DNA of 27,672 nt from a virus (Duplodnaviria > Caudoviricetes). The stretch covers positions 1 through 27,672 of IMG/VR virus record IMGVR_UViG_3300010359_000012; one strand, written 5' to 3'. Under the pieces are notes generated by a model. It saw nothing but the letters and a program-made list of their open reading frames with translations. It did no database searches and was not told the origin of the DNA. Positions 6,833-15,270 of the stretch are shown piece by piece; the first letter of the stretch is position 1, and the number at the start of each line of letters is the position of its first letter. The translations under genes and the position numbers were made by a program.

Positions 6833-7781
6833 TGCCGCCTCCTACTGCTGCACCGGAAAGAAATCCTGGCGCGCGGCTCGCAACGGCGCCAGTCGCGCGC
6901 GCCGGGATGCCAGCCACCGTGCCGGCAAATCTGCTCAGCGGATTGTTGCGGATCTTGCTGACAAACCACAGGCCGTGCGCAAGCGGCACCCCGGCCATGT
7001 GCAACGCCTGCAGGATCCCAAGCGTCGTGCCGTGCTTGGCGACCACCTCGGCGATCCGCGCCGCCACGGGCGCCGCATAGCCGAGCGTCCGCATCCCGGC
7101 GGCCGTAAGCGCGCCCAGCTCGGCGCTCCTCAGGTGGCTCTCGGGTGTGCCGCTTGCGGTCGGCTCGAGCGCGCCGCCGATCGCACCCTTGGCGGCCTGC
7201 TCGGCAACATTGCCGAGGCCGGTCGAGAGTGAGCCAAGCTTGCGCGCCGCCGTCTCGGCCGCCTGCACTCCTCGAGGCGACAGCGAGACCTTCGCGCCGT
7301 GAATGCCGGCCAGTCGACCCAGCGTGGGTGAGATGTTCGCGAGGAAGGCATCGATCGCCGTCGGCGCCCGGCCGATGGCGCTGGCGATCCTGGCGCCGCC
7401 ACCCGCCAATCCCAGGCCTGGCAGCAACTGTGAGCCCGTGAGCATCCCGAGGACGTGACCGGCGGTCTCATACCCGCTCTCGGACGGCGCCTGAGCAAAC
7501 TCGCGCGTTGGCTTCCGTGTGCGTTCGATCGCCTCGCCAACGCGCTTCGGAAACAGGAAGCGGGTGGGATCCGGCGTCAGATCCTGCAGACTTGAGAGAT
7601 ACCCTGCAAACTCGCGCAGGCTCCCGCGCCCGACTTGTGCCAACGGAGGCGTTGCTGGCGCCTGGGGCTGCGTCCCGAGTTGCCGCTGCAGCTGCTGCCA
7701 CGCCTGTTCCTGTGTTGCTCCCTCGGGCCCCTCGACCTCGTACTCCTTGCCCTCGGGGCTGGTGAAAATGAACGTCGGCAT
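6606..7781 (-). CDS. Putative DNA ejection (internal virion) protein
   Basis: MPTFIFTSPEGKEYEVEGPEGATQEQA N-terminus typical of podovirus ejection proteins; Ala/Gly-rich hydrophobic segments; TGATG coupling at 7781. Confidence 0.65.
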   Translation of the reverse strand: MPTFIFTSPEGKEYEVEGPEGATQEQAWQQLQRQLGTQPQAPATPPLAQVGRGSLREFAGYLSSLQDLTPDPTRFLFPKRVGEAIERTRKPTREFAQAPSESGYETAGHVLGMLTGSQLLPGLGLAGGGARIASAIGRAPTAIDAFLANISPTLGRLAGIHGAKVSLSPRGVQAAETAARKLGSLSTGLGNVAEQAAKGAIGGALEPTASGTPESHLRSAELGALTAAGMRTLGYAAPVAARIAEVVAKHGTTLGILQALHMAGVPLAHGLWFVSKIRNNPLSRFAGTVAGIPARATGAVASRAPGFLSGAAVGGGNGEGQAQDEAPGPSGGAGGRPAGSGSDQQGDPAGVAHGATGNPRARGDDGGADRQRDRGGDPVSRYYRNLTEEGR

Positions 7782-10132
7782 CACCGCACCCTGACGTTCC
7801 ATCCCGGGGCAAGGCCGCCGCCTTGAGCACCACCGGCTGGTGGCGGGCTTCCTGGCACGGCGGCGGCCGGCTGCCCGCCAATTGCGAACGGATCGTATGC
7901 CGGCACGCCTGGATCCTGTTGCCTTTGCAGCCCTCGCCACGCGTCGGATCTCGAGCCTCCACCGAGGTTCTGCGGTACCGGCGTATTTAGCTCATCCTTG
8001 CCCTTCGGCTCATCAAACGCGACGCCTTCGCGCTCGAAATTATCGAGCAGAGCGCCGATGCCTTTGACCGGATCTCTGCCGACCCCTCGTTTGAACGAGT
8101 CATTCATTGCCGCTGCACGCTGATGGAACAGGTGCCTCGCGCTCTGCACGACCTGGCGCAGGAGCGCAGGATTATTAGCGGCACTAAACACCTTCTCGAC
8201 ATCCTTGGTCTCAGACAGCGTCGGATTCCCGCCCTTCTGCGCACGCGCGATCTCGGGCGCCACGAGGTGCACGAGGGCCTCAAAGTTACCGACGGCGATA
8301 AGGCCTTCCTGGGTCATTCCAGGGACCTGAAACTCGCGGCCGGTCCCCGGGATCGGAATCCGCTGCGGCCCCTCGCGCAGGAGAAATTGATAGGCTCTGT
8401 TCAGGGCCGCTCCCATCTCTCCCGGCAGCCGTCCACTGCGTTCAACTTCGTCAATGGCCCGAAGCATTGTTTGGAGATGGCGATCCGCCGTCGGCATCCC
8501 GATGAGCAGACGACCCAAGTTACCCCTGGTGTATTCCTTCACCATGCCAAAGCGCTGTTGAGCTGCCTGACCATCGAACGAAGGGTCGGCCTTCTTGCCC
8601 AGCCCGAGAACCCACCGCATCATCGGATTGACGCGACTCGTCTGCTTGGGCAGCGGAATGGACCCATCCACGTAGCCGCCGATCTGAGTGCCGAACCCGG
8701 GAACGACCCTGTCGACCGCTCGGTAGACCGCAGAGCCTTTCAGGGTTGGATCCTGCTGGATGGCTTCCAGTTCGCGCTCGACCTCGATGCGGCGGGCGTC
8801 GACCAACCCCGCGCGTCTGTCCGACCATTGCTTGCGATCACTGGAGCGAATGCCGCCATTGTGGAACGCATTGACCCCGTCGGTATTGATCCCCCTCCAA
8901 TCGAAACCCTCGCGATCTGCTCGCTGCAGCGTTGGCGAGGAAGGCTGCGCCGCGTTTTGCGCCGAGTGTTTTTCGCCGACCGGGCTCGCGAGATCAGGTT
9001 CTCGCGTCGGCAGTTGATTGCCCGCCATGGCGAGCTGCATGCGTTGCGGCTGATCGGCCGCACCTTGCTGATCTGTAGGGGCTGTGTCGTCGTCATCCGG
9101 CGGCGACAGTCCCGGACCCTTGTCCGGTAGCGGCTCGTCCGTACCGGGATGCGTGGCCGGCTTGTCGTCGTCCTTGGTGTCGGTGTCCTCGGGCGTCGTA
9201 CGCGGGACTGGCGTTCCCGCTGCGTCCGTCGGGTTCTTCAGGTACGGCTCGTCGAGCTTGCGCTGTTGTTCCTCCTTCTGCAGCTGCGTGTTGCTCTTCT
9301 TGAGATCGGAGTGTCGCGCGTCGAGGTACTGCTGCAGCCGGTGTGCCGCCTGGACGCCGCCCTGCTTGAGCGCATTGCTCATATGATCGTCGCCGAACTT
9401 GTCGGCAGCGTCCTGCAGTGCGTCATGCAGCGCGTCGGGATTGTCGTCGCCGTACTCGGCGAAGATCTTGCCGTACTCCTCGAGCTGCTGGCGTTGCCGC
9501 TCCTCGACCTGCAGCGCCTTGAGCCTCATTTGCTCATAGAGGTAACGCGTCGCCGCCATCTGACCCGCGAGATACGCTTTCGAGTGCTGCTGGCTGAACG
9601 AAGCCAGTTGGCCGCCGAGCGGACTGACGGATCGCGACCCCCAGCGCTGCAGTTGCTGGCCGACGCCTTGGAGGATGCCGGGGATCTCCCACGGGGCCGG
9701 CATCCATGGACCCGGCGCAACGCCCGCGAGGCGCTGCGCGCCAGTCAGCGTGAAATGATCCTTGGCCCATTCGCGCGCCGGCCGGTTGGGCATCGATGGA
9801 CGATACTGGGGCACGCGCTGGAAGAACGGGAGCCGAGTTGGTGTGCCCGGCAACGGTTCCGGTGGCAGCCGAGGTGGCGGTGTCAGCGCCTCGAATTGCG
9901 CATCCATCTGCACCTTCGGAATGAGCCCCTCGAGAAACCCGGACGCATCGTCAGCCGACGGTGCTGGCTGCGGCATCGGCTGATTGATGACGTCGGGCGG
10001 TGGCCGGTCCAGCAATGCCGGTGGCGCGGGATTCGGCATGGCCTGAGCGAGCGGCCCCGGCGGCGAAGGTTGCTGCGGCTGCGGCAGTTGCTGGCTGATG
10101 CCCGGATCCTGCCCTGTGTCTTGGAACGTCAT
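7781..10132 (-). CDS. Large putative ejection / internal virion protein (783 aa)
   Basis: Position downstream of tail genes; Pro/Gln-rich N-terminus, coiled-coil segment; coupled at both ends. Confidence 0.6.
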   Translation of the reverse strand: MTFQDTGQDPGISQQLPQPQQPSPPGPLAQAMPNPAPPALLDRPPPDVINQPMPQPAPSADDASGFLEGLIPKVQMDAQFEALTPPPRLPPEPLPGTPTRLPFFQRVPQYRPSMPNRPAREWAKDHFTLTGAQRLAGVAPGPWMPAPWEIPGILQGVGQQLQRWGSRSVSPLGGQLASFSQQHSKAYLAGQMAATRYLYEQMRLKALQVEERQRQQLEEYGKIFAEYGDDNPDALHDALQDAADKFGDDHMSNALKQGGVQAAHRLQQYLDARHSDLKKSNTQLQKEEQQRKLDEPYLKNPTDAAGTPVPRTTPEDTDTKDDDKPATHPGTDEPLPDKGPGLSPPDDDDTAPTDQQGAADQPQRMQLAMAGNQLPTREPDLASPVGEKHSAQNAAQPSSPTLQRADREGFDWRGINTDGVNAFHNGGIRSSDRKQWSDRRAGLVDARRIEVERELEAIQQDPTLKGSAVYRAVDRVVPGFGTQIGGYVDGSIPLPKQTSRVNPMMRWVLGLGKKADPSFDGQAAQQRFGMVKEYTRGNLGRLLIGMPTADRHLQTMLRAIDEVERSGRLPGEMGAALNRAYQFLLREGPQRIPIPGTGREFQVPGMTQEGLIAVGNFEALVHLVAPEIARAQKGGNPTLSETKDVEKVFSAANNPALLRQVVQSARHLFHQRAAAMNDSFKRGVGRDPVKGIGALLDNFEREGVAFDEPKGKDELNTPVPQNLGGGSRSDAWRGLQRQQDPGVPAYDPFAIGGQPAAAVPGSPPPAGGAQGGGLAPGWNVRVR

Positions 10133-12096
10133 GCCGCTGTCGCTCCCGTGCCCGTCTCTTGGAATTCACGCGGCGGTGGCGTGCCGGCCGTGGCGGGATC
10201 CGGCGTCGTCGGCGCCCGCTGGATCTCGGGCAATTTGTAAAATCGGCCATCCCCAGCGGGCTCGCGGAAGTAGGTGTCGCCGCCGCGCAGGCTGTAGCCT
10301 AAGGTACCTTTCTGGAATTGATTGGATGCGGTGTTGCCGCGCATCGGTCCTCGGCCGGGGAATACATCCGAGGCGTTGCCGGTCATCGGGCCATATCCGA
10401 TGTCGCTGACATTAGAGCCGTTGAGAACAGGTGTCGCGACCTCGCGGATGAATTGCCGAAATTCCTGCGCCGTCGGCCGCGCCGATGCGCTGTACGTGTT
10501 GTTGGCGTAGTAGCCGCCTCGGGTCCGTATGGTCAGCAATCCTTGGCCCAGGCCCTGGCCGCGCATCTGCGAACGATTGAACACCGTCTCGAGCTGGGTG
10601 ATTTTCGCCTGCAGCGGCGCGTGTCTGCCGACCTCGCCGTTGACCATCCACGCCGCGCGGTAGAGCAGGTTCGGATTGCGCTCCAGCTCAGCGCGGAAGC
10701 TCGAACGATCGACCGTCGCTTGCGTCGGCCGCATCGACGGCGGGTTTCGCGCGGCGGCCGACCACGACGGGATCGCCACCTGGCCGCGCCCGATCGGCGC
10801 GATGGACTGGCCGTCGGCGGTGCGAACCGGCACAGCCGGTGGAGGCGGAATATTCCCCGGAATATTCCCCGCTGTTCCGGGTGGAGGAAGCGACGTCTCG
10901 CCCCCACGAGCGGGGAGGCCGCCGCCTGGAGGGGGCGGAACGGAGCTCGGCGCTCGGGCACCTGGCGTCCCCGGCATGGCCGGGACAAAGCCACCGGGTC
11001 CGAAGTGCATCGGGACCTCCGTCACCGGCTGGCCGGTCACCGCATTTGTGACCGGCGTTCCCGGTTGTGGTGTCTGGTCACCTCCAGGCTGCTGCTGCCC
11101 TATGCGGTTTTGCATAGGGATGCCCATCTGCTGCATGAGCTGTTGCACGATCTGCTCAAGCGGCGATGTCCCACCACCCGTGCCGCCCGCGCCACCCGCA
11201 CCACGCGCGAGCGCCTGCAGGAGCTGCGCGAACGGCTGGATTGCGGCAGGACCGCCGCCCGCACCACCTGCACCCATCCGCATCAGTTGCTGGACGATCT
11301 GCAGCAGCGGTGAAGGCAATCCGCCTCCGGCACCACCGCCAGGAGCGCCGGGGGCGCCTCGAGCCCCGCTCGGCGCCTGCGGCATTTGCGGCGCTCGCTC
11401 ACCGGTATCAGGAGCGGCGGCTGCAGCTGGCGTTTTTTGGAGCGCTGACGCAGGGGCTGGCGAGCTTGTCGGCGTGGCGGCCGCCGGGGTTTGTTCTGGC
11501 CCCGCGCTCGGCGCAGGCTGATCGGGGAATTGCCCCGGCACAGGCCGCACACCGGCATCCTCCAGCATGCTGCCAGAAACCAGCCCAGTCCGCTGTGGGT
11601 TCACCAGATCGGAAAGGCTGCTTAGTCCTGCACCGGGCGCCAGCGGCTGCTGCGGCACCGGGCCGGTCGGCCCCGGTACCACCGGCTGGCCACCGATCTG
11701 CCAGCTCTGCATTCCCTCGCGCAGTTGCTGGATGCTCTGCTGTCGCACGCTCTCGGGCGGCAGTTCAGGCGCCAACGATGGCGGCTTGCCCCCGGCCACG
11801 TCACGCAGCGCATCCTGCGTGCCGGTGTCACCGGACTGCACGCCGCCAAGCTCGGGCGCGCCGACGTCGGGCGATTGCCCACCGGCCACGCCGGTCAACG
11901 CTTCCTCCGGTGACATGGCGAAGGCGCTGAACGGATCGCCACCGCCGCCGAGACCGCCAGTCATGCTGGAGAACGGATCGCCACCGCCGCCGCCCAGTGA
12001 CGAGAACGGATCACCCGCGCCGAGGCTGCCACCGCCGGCCTTGCCGCCACCGACGTCGCCGCCACCACCCGTTGCTGCGCCTACTGCATCGCCCAT
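10129..12096 (-). CDS. Gly/Pro/Gln-rich ejection protein with C-terminal SleB-like cell-wall hydrolase domain
   Basis: Low-complexity N-terminus with GGDPFS repeats; C-terminal MVNGEVG...LETVFNR resembles the GE...V.NR motif of Hydrolase_2/SleB lytic transglycosylases. Confidence 0.6.
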   Translation of the reverse strand: MGDAVGAATGGGGDVGGGKAGGGSLGAGDPFSSLGGGGGDPFSSMTGGLGGGGDPFSAFAMSPEEALTGVAGGQSPDVGAPELGGVQSGDTGTQDALRDVAGGKPPSLAPELPPESVRQQSIQQLREGMQSWQIGGQPVVPGPTGPVPQQPLAPGAGLSSLSDLVNPQRTGLVSGSMLEDAGVRPVPGQFPDQPAPSAGPEQTPAAATPTSSPAPASALQKTPAAAAAPDTGERAPQMPQAPSGARGAPGAPGGGAGGGLPSPLLQIVQQLMRMGAGGAGGGPAAIQPFAQLLQALARGAGGAGGTGGGTSPLEQIVQQLMQQMGIPMQNRIGQQQPGGDQTPQPGTPVTNAVTGQPVTEVPMHFGPGGFVPAMPGTPGARAPSSVPPPPGGGLPARGGETSLPPPGTAGNIPGNIPPPPAVPVRTADGQSIAPIGRGQVAIPSWSAAARNPPSMRPTQATVDRSSFRAELERNPNLLYRAAWMVNGEVGRHAPLQAKITQLETVFNRSQMRGQGLGQGLLTIRTRGGYYANNTYSASARPTAQEFRQFIREVATPVLNGSNVSDIGYGPMTGNASDVFPGRGPMRGNTASNQFQKGTLGYSLRGGDTYFREPAGDGRFYKLPEIQRAPTTPDPATAGTPPPREFQETGTGATAA

Positions 12097-12099
12097 GGG

Positions 12100-12537
12100 T
12101 CAAAATGCGCCGCGCGCATCAGTGAATGTTCCGGCCCCGCCGCTGCCGCCAGATTGGCCGAGGATGGATTCGGCGCCTGATGAGAAATCGTTGTTCTGCT
12201 GCTGCTGCTGCTGCTGCGCCAGGTTGGCGAGCGTGCCCGGCGGAAGCCCTCGGCTGAAATTCTCCATCTCGGCCACAGTCGCACCCGTCGCGTGTTGATT
12301 TTGCGCGAGATTCTTCTTCTTCATCTTGCTCGCGCCGCCATAAGTCGGGTTCATGGGGTCACCGCCCGGTATGCCGATGCCGAGCTGCTGGTACCTGTTG
12401 TGGATCGCCTCGGCATTCTGGCTCCCGGCCTGCTGCGCCATCGCGACATCGAACGGGGAGAGACCGCCGAAGATGCCGCCGCCACCGCCACCACCGCCGC
12501 CTTTGCCGCCACCGCCACCACCCAGCATCGCGCCCAT
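12100..12537 (-). CDS. Small Gly/Gln-rich putative ejection (pilot) protein
   Basis: MGAMLGGGGGGKGGGG start, polyQ tract. Confidence 0.6.
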   Translation of the reverse strand: MGAMLGGGGGGKGGGGGGGGGIFGGLSPFDVAMAQQAGSQNAEAIHNRYQQLGIGIPGGDPMNPTYGGASKMKKKNLAQNQHATGATVAEMENFSRGLPPGTLANLAQQQQQQQNNDFSSGAESILGQSGGSGGAGTFTDARGAF

Positions 12538-12540
12538 GAC

Positions 12541-12963
12541 CTACTCGCTCCCGGCGCTGTCTTGATTGCTGAAGGTGCCCTGCGTGCCAGTCCCGAACAC
12601 ACTTTGAGATCCAGCCTGGAATCTCTGATCTTCCTGGCTCTGGTCCGTGGCGCCTTGCAGTTGCTGTTGCTGCTGTGCCGCTGCCTGCTGATTGGCATTC
12701 GACGCGCGGGCAAGCTCCAGCGCCTCCTTCAGGCGCGCCCCTCCAGCTGCTTGCGTCGCCATGGTCGAGGCGCCCGTGCCGGTGCCGGCGAATGTCGAGC
12801 GCGCGTGCAGCAGATCTTGCCCGAAATGGAATTGCGCGAGCGCCGCTTGCTCGGGGCTGATCCCGCCAGCACCACCTGCGCCGCCACCACCGCCGCCTTT
12901 GCTCCCGGCGGCCGACGCCAGGTTCATCGCGGGTCCAATCAATGCAAAAGGTCCACCCATCAC
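12541..12963 (-). CDS. Small Gly/Ala/Gln-rich putative ejection (P22 gp7-like position) protein
   Basis: Hydrophobic N-terminus then SKGGGGGG, polyQ; similar layout to 12100-12537. Confidence 0.6.
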   Translation of the reverse strand: MMGGPFALIGPAMNLASAAGSKGGGGGGAGGAGGISPEQAALAQFHFGQDLLHARSTFAGTGTGASTMATQAAGGARLKEALELARASNANQQAAAQQQQQLQGATDQSQEDQRFQAGSQSVFGTGTQGTFSNQDSAGSE

Positions 12964-13370
12964 AGCACCATCACGTAGCGGGGAGAGAGTTCAGTGCAGC
13001 CGACGCGCCGCGCGAGCGGCTCGAGGTCGACGTCGGTGTCGGAGGAAATGCGCCAGATCGCGCATTTGCGGCGGCGCGCCCAGTGGATCGAGCCGCGCAG
13101 AAGCGTCGAGGCTTCCCACATGCAGCCGATGTCGGCGCACACGAAGATGATGTTGCACTCGAAGAAGGCCGGCGTCCACGGCACGGTGCACATCATCGCG
13201 ATGACGAACGCGTTGTCGGTGCGTACCGGATAGAACATCATCGGGCCTTTCAGCACGATGTTCCTAAACCATCCCTCGGTGCTCGACTCGTCGTACTCCT
13301 GGCGGTAACGCTTCTTCGCCAGTCGATGCAGCCAGGGGATATCGTCCTCGGTCATCAGCCGAGGCGTCAC
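12960..13370 (-). CDS. GNAT-fold-like protein (T7 gp13-like position)
   Basis: RLMTEDDIPWLHRL start and LLRGSIHWARRRKCAIW..LARRVGC match GNAT motifs; GTGA coupling at 13370. Confidence 0.6.
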   Translation of the reverse strand: MTPRLMTEDDIPWLHRLAKKRYRQEYDESSTEGWFRNIVLKGPMMFYPVRTDNAFVIAMMCTVPWTPAFFECNIIFVCADIGCMWEASTLLRGSIHWARRRKCAIWRISSDTDVDLEPLARRVGCTELSPRYVMVL

Positions 13371-13810
13371 CAGAACGGGAAGATCCAGTCGATCCCGGCC
13401 CCTCCCCGATACGGGTTCTCGAATTCCTTGCGCACCGTTGGCGCGGGCAGGATCGTGTCGTTCGTGACGTAGTGCTCCATATGGTTCGCGAACGTCCACC
13501 ATCGACGTGAATCCGGATTATCGAATCGCGTATCCCTCAGATTCTGGCCCACGAACAGATCGAGCGACATGACCGACGGGGTCGCGAATTGAGCCGGCAG
13601 CGCACCCTGCGCATCGTTGTGCGCCTGCTGATGGTTCATATGCCACGGGCCGCCGGGGATGTCCGTCCCCATCATCGGGTCGAGGACGTACGGCACCACC
13701 GAGAACCGCGACAGCGGAGACATCGCGCCCCAATAGGTGCGATGCGCCATCATGTGTTCGAAGGCATACGTGTGGTGCACGCCTTCGGCCAGCAGATAGA
13801 CGCTCGGCAT
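13367..13810 (-). CDS. Hypothetical His-rich protein (147 aa)
   Basis: TGATG-coupled start; EHMMAH, NHQQAH, NHMEH motifs. Confidence 0.65.
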   Translation of the reverse strand: MPSVYLLAEGVHHTYAFEHMMAHRTYWGAMSPLSRFSVVPYVLDPMMGTDIPGGPWHMNHQQAHNDAQGALPAQFATPSVMSLDLFVGQNLRDTRFDNPDSRRWWTFANHMEHYVTNDTILPAPTVRKEFENPYRGGAGIDWIFPFW

Positions 13811-14139
13811 CAGTCGCGCCGGCTGCGGACCCGTCCCGCGCGGATGTCCTCCGCGCACAGCCGTGTGGCACGATCGCCTTCGCGATAGCGTTCCAGCGAC
13901 GTGCCCATCGGATCAAACTCGCGCGGGTCGATGCGATCCATGCCGAAATCCGATTGCCTACTTTCTTCGGCGCGGACAGCGGCACCTCTTGGACCGACGC
14001 GGGGCTCGGTACCCAAACGCAAAGGCCCGGCGAGTGGTCGATCGGATCTCAGATACCCGTCCGGGGTCACGAAATACCCGACCGGCTGATCGTCTGTCCT
14101 CGGCGGCCATGGGCCCTGCCTGTATCGTTTCTGGGCCAT
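13810..14139 (-). CDS. Hypothetical Arg/Pro/Asp-rich protein (109 aa)
   Basis: TGATG coupling at both ends; MAQKRYRQGPWPPR start. Confidence 0.6.
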   Translation of the reverse strand: MAQKRYRQGPWPPRTDDQPVGYFVTPDGYLRSDRPLAGPLRLGTEPRVGPRGAAVRAEESRQSDFGMDRIDPREFDPMGTSLERYREGDRATRLCAEDIRAGRVRSRRD

Positions 14140-14228
14140 CAGTACCGCCGACGTCCGCGTCGTCTGCTGCGGGCCGCTCGCCGTGATGCGGGGACGAGCA
14201 CCATTCTCCTGCGGGTTCTGCGCGCCAT
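14139..14228 (-). CDS. Protamine-like peptide (29 aa) MARRTRRRMVLVPASRRAARSRRRGRRRY
   Basis: AGGAGAAGGAGG RBS; 14/29 Arg; TGA overlaps the next ATG. Not in the ORF track. Confidence 0.72.
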   Translation of the reverse strand: MARRTRRRMVLVPASRRAARSRRRGRRRY

Positions 14229-14243
14229 TAGCGCCTCCTTCTC

Positions 14244-14681
14244 CTACGTGAACCTCGTGCCTTGCGCAGATTCCTCCGCGCTGCGGCTCTCTGTGACTTT
14301 GTAGCCATCTGTCACTCCAATCGCCGATCGCCACGGAATGCCTTCGGTCTGCAACGCAGCGATCACATCCTGCACTTCCCTGCACACATAGACCGGGACA
14401 CCGGCTTCGTGCAGCAGCGTGAACGTCTCGACCTGATCCCTGCTCAACCGCCCCTTGGCGGTCTTCAGCTCGACGCCGACGGTTTTGCCGCCATAGAACA
14501 CCATGACATCCGGCATCCCTGCCTTGAGCCCGGAACCCTTGAGCCTGCCGCCTGTGGCCCTCGGCAGCTTGCCCCACCCGGCCGGGAACGTGGTGTACAT
14601 GGCCGGCGGCAGCAGCAGCCAGTCGAGCAGCTCCGCGACGGTGCGGTGCAGCTCGCTCTCGGTCGCCTCGCGCCTCTTCAC
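14244..14681 (-). CDS. VRR-NUC domain nuclease
   Basis: ESELH, G.KAGMPD, VELKTAKGRLSRDQ (PD-(D/E)xK); GTGA-coupled start. Confidence 0.88.
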   Translation of the reverse strand: MKRREATESELHRTVAELLDWLLLPPAMYTTFPAGWGKLPRATGGRLKGSGLKAGMPDVMVFYGGKTVGVELKTAKGRLSRDQVETFTLLHEAGVPVYVCREVQDVIAALQTEGIPWRSAIGVTDGYKVTESRSAEESAQGTRFT

Positions 14682-14854
14682 CGTCGCGCCGCCCGGACAG
14701 GTCCAGTGCGCCCGCCTGGTCGAGGTGAGCGGCCGACCCGAGCCTGACCCTTGCGCACGCCACGCATCCAGTCGGACGGAAATGCACCGTCCGACCACGG
14801 CATGCGGACGACCGGACCCGTGCGACCGGGGGCCTTGTTGCGTCTGCGCGCCAT
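14678..14854 (-). CDS. Arg-rich small protein (58 aa) MARRRNKAPGRTGPVVR...GRTGPVRAARR
   Basis: TGATG start, GTGA end, GAGG RBS; 14 Arg; GRTGPV occurs twice. Not in the ORF track. Confidence 0.65.
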   Translation of the reverse strand: MARRRNKAPGRTGPVVRMPWSDGAFPSDWMRGVRKGQARVGRSPRPGGRTGPVRAARR

Positions 14855-15048
14855 CAGCGACGACCTCTCGTGCGCCTGCCGCGCCGACCGCGCACGCGCC
14901 GGCCTCGCCGTCCCCTGGTGGGTCCGGGCGGCCGCTCGAATTGTGCGCGGACAGCTCGGACTTGCACGCCGGTTCGCGGGCGCCGTGTCCTGAACCGGCC
15001 CGCAGGATCGACCCGCGAGCGCGGGCCGAGATTTACTCCTCGCGGCAT
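14854..15048 (-). CDS. Protamine-like protein (64 aa) ending TRGRRGRRVRGRRGRRTRGRR
   Basis: AGGAGG RBS, TGATG coupling at both ends; 24/64 Arg. Confidence 0.7.
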   Translation of the reverse strand: MPRGVNLGPRSRVDPAGRFRTRRPRTGVQVRAVRAQFERPPGPTRGRRGRRVRGRRGRRTRGRR

Positions 15049-15167
15049 CAAATCCTCCTGCCTTTGCGGTAGCTGTAGAGGCGCGGCCGCCACTTCGGCA
15101 GCCGCCAATTCTTGAGCCGCAACGCTCGTCGCAGATTCAGCGACGCGCGTTGCAACGGCCTCGCCAC
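15048..15167 (-). CDS. Basic peptide (39 aa) MARPLQRASLNLRRALRLKNWRLPKWRPRLYSYRKGRRI
   Basis: GGAGG RBS, TAGTG overlap with the upstream stop; 11 Arg + 3 Lys, no acidic residue. Confidence 0.65.
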   Translation of the reverse strand: MARPLQRASLNLRRALRLKNWRLPKWRPRLYSYRKGRRI

Positions 15168-15232
15168 TACCGCCTCCGTCGACGGGCTCTGATGCGCCGC
15201 GCGCGTCGTGTCTGTTTCAGTCGTCGAGCCAT
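15167..15232 (-). CDS. Protamine-like peptide (21 aa) MARRLKQTRRARRIRARRRRR
   Basis: GGGAGAAGAG RBS; 12/21 Arg; stop overlaps the next GTG. Not in the ORF track. Confidence 0.68.
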   Translation of the reverse strand: MARRLKQTRRARRIRARRRRR

Positions 15233-15270
15233 TGCTCTTCTCCCGTTGCTGGGGTGGACGTTGAACGCAT

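Noticed and set aside
7840-12298. Long plus-strand ORFs (8123-9130, 9149-10240, 10318-11313, 10676-11521, 11567-12298)
   Set aside because: Antisense shadows of GC-rich minus-strand genes; no RBS, coupling or motifs.
12197-12520. CTG and GCC/CCA triplet runs as phase-variable repeats or a CRISPR-like array
   Set aside because: In-frame polyQ and polyG codons; no repeat-spacer structure anywhere in the window.
13810-14787. 325-aa ORF as a single gene
   Set aside because: Its 5' part overlaps VRR-NUC and the 29-aa peptide gene; only the TGATG-coupled 14139-13810 part is retained.
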